Assembly (NCBI GenBank): GCA_963723965.1
Contig: CAVRSV010000012.1
Location: 658,675-722,674 of the forward strand
Reading direction: 5' to 3'
From: an uncultured Acidobacteriota bacterium
GTDB taxonomy: Bacteria > Acidobacteriota > UBA6911 > RPQK01 > JAPXNP01
Length of the DNA: 64,000 bases
Positions 61,889-64,000 of this stretch are shown one piece after another. The notes below the pieces were generated by a model. The model was not told the origin of the DNA. It made no database searches and saw only the letters and a list, made by a program, of their open reading frames with translations. Position 1 is the stretch's first letter. Every line of letters starts with the position of its first letter. The position numbers and the translations under genes were made by a program.

Positions 61889-62353
61889 GTGAAAAAAGTT
61901 CTCTTGTCCCTTGCGGTCTTCTGCCTGACTTCCCTGTCACAGGTCAGCGCAGACCCGAATCCCCAGGCGTTGCGTCAAGTCACCAGCCAGATCCTCTGTA
62001 CCTGCGGTTGCTCCAACATGCTCGTCTCGAGTTGCGAGTGCAGCAAGGCGGCCGAGATGACGAAGGAAGCCGCCGCCCTGCTGGACGAAGGCAAGTCCGA
62101 GAAGGAGGTCCTGGCGACCTTCGAAAAGGAGTACGGCCCGACGGTTCTGGCGGCCCCGCAAGCACAGGGATTCAATCTCATCGGCTGGATCATGCCGTTC
62201 ATTGCCCTGGGGATGGGCAGCCTCGTCGTGGCAGTGGTCTATCGGAGGCTGAAGTCTCCGCCTCCTCCGGCCGAAGCGGATAGCGCCCTCGCAGAGTCTG
62301 CGGTCACAGACGAGCATCTGCGGCAGCAACTCGACGAAGAGCTCCGACTCTAG
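61889..62353 (+). CDS. ccmH: Cytochrome c biogenesis protein CcmH/NrfF-like
   Basis: Signal peptide; ILCTCGC...CECS; YGPTVLAAP...GFNLIGWIMP; start placed at GTG 61889. Confidence 0.8.
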   Translation: MKKVLLSLAVFCLTSLSQVSADPNPQALRQVTSQILCTCGCSNMLVSSCECSKAAEMTKEAAALLDEGKSEKEVLATFEKEYGPTVLAAPQAQGFNLIGWIMPFIALGMGSLVVAVVYRRLKSPPPPAEADSALAESAVTDEHLRQQLDEELRL

Positions 62354-62758
62354 CGCTCCGAGTCAGCCATTCGTATGCGCCTTCGGACGGTATCGGACTC
62401 AGGACCTGAGCGCGCCGTGGAGGCAGGATTGTGCATCCCTTCCCTTTTGCCCCATTGGCGCTGACTCCAGCACCCATGCCGAGAACCTCACGATCCGCGC
62501 CCGGACAACAGGAATCGCTGGTCCTATGGGACCCCTGCGGGCGAGCGGCCCCCGTTCTCCATGACTGGAATCCTTCGTGCATTGAATCAAGTCAGGTGCA
62601 CAGTATGACTGAAAGAAAACGAACGAGATCGGCAAGGAACTGCGGCGGCTCTCCGCCCGCTCCCATGGGGCCTACCGATTGCCGCCGCCTTTAGCAGCCT
62701 GCACCTGCCGCGAATTCCGACGTGCCGATCCCGTTGATCGATAGAGGAGAACGTCACC

Positions 62759-62992
62759 ATGTTTCTTGGAGGATTCTTTTCCCTCCTGGTCCTGGTCGGC
62801 GTCGCCGTGGTTGTCGTCTGGCTGGTCTCCGGCGGAGACGGCCTTTCAACGCGTCGTCCCGGATCAGGTGGCGAACGCGACACGCCCCTGGAAATCCTCA
62901 AGAAGCGCTACGCGCGAGGGGAGATCAACAGGGACCAATACGAACAAATGAAGCAGGACCTTCTCGACGACGGAAGGAGCGATCGCACATGA
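62759..62992 (+). CDS. SHOCT domain membrane protein
   Basis: TM helix followed by PLEILKKRYARGEINRDQYEQMK; RBS gaggag. Confidence 0.85.
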   Translation: MFLGGFFSLLVLVGVAVVVVWLVSGGDGLSTRRPGSGGERDTPLEILKKRYARGEINRDQYEQMKQDLLDDGRSDRT

Positions 62993-63144
62993 GAATGCCT
63001 CGCCTCCTCGTCATCGGATTGATCCTGATCGTGGTGGGCATCCTGGGACTGCTCGTGCTCGGCTCGGTCTGGTCGCAGTGGCCGTGGATGTACGGCCATC
63101 GAGGCATGATGCTGCCCCTCGATGCTTTCCTGCCCGGCCTTTGA
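62989..63144 (+). CDS. Small membrane protein (51 aa)
   Basis: ATGA overlap with SHOCT stop; MRMPRLLVIGLILIVVGILGLLVLG... Confidence 0.55.
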   Translation: MRMPRLLVIGLILIVVGILGLLVLGSVWSQWPWMYGHRGMMLPLDAFLPGL

Positions 63145-63187
63145 GCCTGCTGACGACAGTTCTTGACGCAGCAGGTCGTTCCAGCCG

Positions 63188-63213
63188 ACGACTCCCCGGA
63201 CTCGGGGAGTCGT
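63188..63213. other. 11-bp perfect stem-loop in intergenic region
   Basis: ACGACTCCCCG-GACT-CGGGGAGTCGT; no U-tract. Confidence 0.5.
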
Positions 63214-63290
63214 TCGTGCCTGTCCCGGAGCCGGGCCGTGACGATCGGTTGCAGCGACCCCTAACCACTCTTTCCTGAAAGGAATTCAAA

Positions 63291-64000
63291 ATGAAAAAGA
63301 GCATAAGATTCTTCTCCACAGTGGCCGGCGTCTTCCTGCTGAGTGCTGCCTTTGCGTTCGCACAGGGCGGCATGATGGGGAACGGCCAATCGGGAATGAC
63401 GAACGGGACCCAAAGAAACGGCTCCTCCAACCAACAGAATGGTCCGGCCAGTCCCGGGACGTTTCACCAGCAGATGATGCAGTGGCGCGAGCAGTTCCAG
63501 TCCAAAGTTCGGAACGATGACCAGCAGCTTGCCGATCTGATGCAACAGCTGAGAAACGCCAAGTCCGACAACCAGAAGATCCAGCTGATGCAGAAGATGT
63601 TCGGAGAACTGGTCAGTGAGAGGGACTACATCCACAACCAGACGCTGACGATGATGATGTACGGAAATGGCATGATGTACGGAGACGGAATGATGTACGG
63701 CGGTACACCGATGCAGGGCGGACCGTCCGGCATGATGAGCCGGAATCAGAACGGCATGAGAAGCGGAAGCCAGAACAGTGACCAGATGTACCGCCAGATG
63801 ATGCAGAGGCGGCAGGACATCCAGTCTCAGGCGCAGACCACAGACAAGGAGTTGGGGAACGAGCTCCAGCAGCTGCAGGCCGCCAAGAGCGATACTCAGA
63901 AGGTCCAGATCATGCAGGAAATGCTCGCGAATCTGGTCAACGAGAGGACCTACGTGCACGACCAGGTGTTGTCCATGATGATGCTGAACCGTCAGACCCA
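63291..64000 (+). CDS. Secreted Met/Gln-rich protein with duplicated helical domain; runs off window end
   Basis: Manual translation MKKSIRFFSTVAGVFLLSAAFAFAQGGMMG...; RBS aaagga; open to end of window. Confidence 0.8.
   Translation, partial: MKKSIRFFSTVAGVFLLSAAFAFAQGGMMGNGQSGMTNGTQRNGSSNQQNGPASPGTFHQQMMQWREQFQSKVRNDDQQLADLMQQLRNAKSDNQKIQLMQKMFGELVSERDYIHNQTLTMMMYGNGMMYGDGMMYGGTPMQGGPSGMMSRNQNGMRSGSQNSDQMYRQMMQRRQDIQSQAQTTDKELGNELQQLQAAKSDTQKVQIMQEMLANLVNERTYVHDQVLSMMMLNRQT

Noticed and set aside
63261-63959. His-rich minus-strand ORF
   Set aside because: Antisense of the Met-rich plus-strand gene (ATG reads as CAT)

Overview
High-GC bacterial DNA, most likely Acidobacteriota (inferred from lineage-like L14, L6 and SecY sequences and gene context). 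1-7.7 kb: housekeeping genes (partial sulfite reductase, EAL/HDOD protein, glgP, dipeptidyl peptidase, Yip1). 8-28 kb: complete str-S10-spc-alpha ribosomal superoperon on the minus strand; rplC and fusA each carry one extra base, probably sequencing errors. 28.2-36.7 kb: divergent LPS inner-core/lipid A operon, followed by RNase P RNA, a P1 peptidase, a sodium:solute symporter and tRNA-Ala(CGC). 40.6-51.5 kb: accessory region with a RelE-like/XRE/DUF3467 three-gene module behind a perfect 22-bp palindrome, two IS21 remnants and an AT-richer SpoIIM(DUF95)-thioredoxin-ABC cluster. 51.6-61.4 kb, the highlight: a tightly coupled six-gene operon resembling a PCC3-type porin-cytochrome conduit. It encodes a His-rich membrane protein, a 24-heme cytochrome, a beta-barrel porin, a membrane-anchored ferredoxin/FAD-NAD(P)H oxidoreductase, a 39-heme cytochrome built on ten near-identical 219-bp tri-heme repeats (split by one extra base) and an OB-fold-like lipoprotein. 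A divergent ccmH and a Met-rich repeat protein close the window. All family assignments come from motif recognition by eye, not from database searches.
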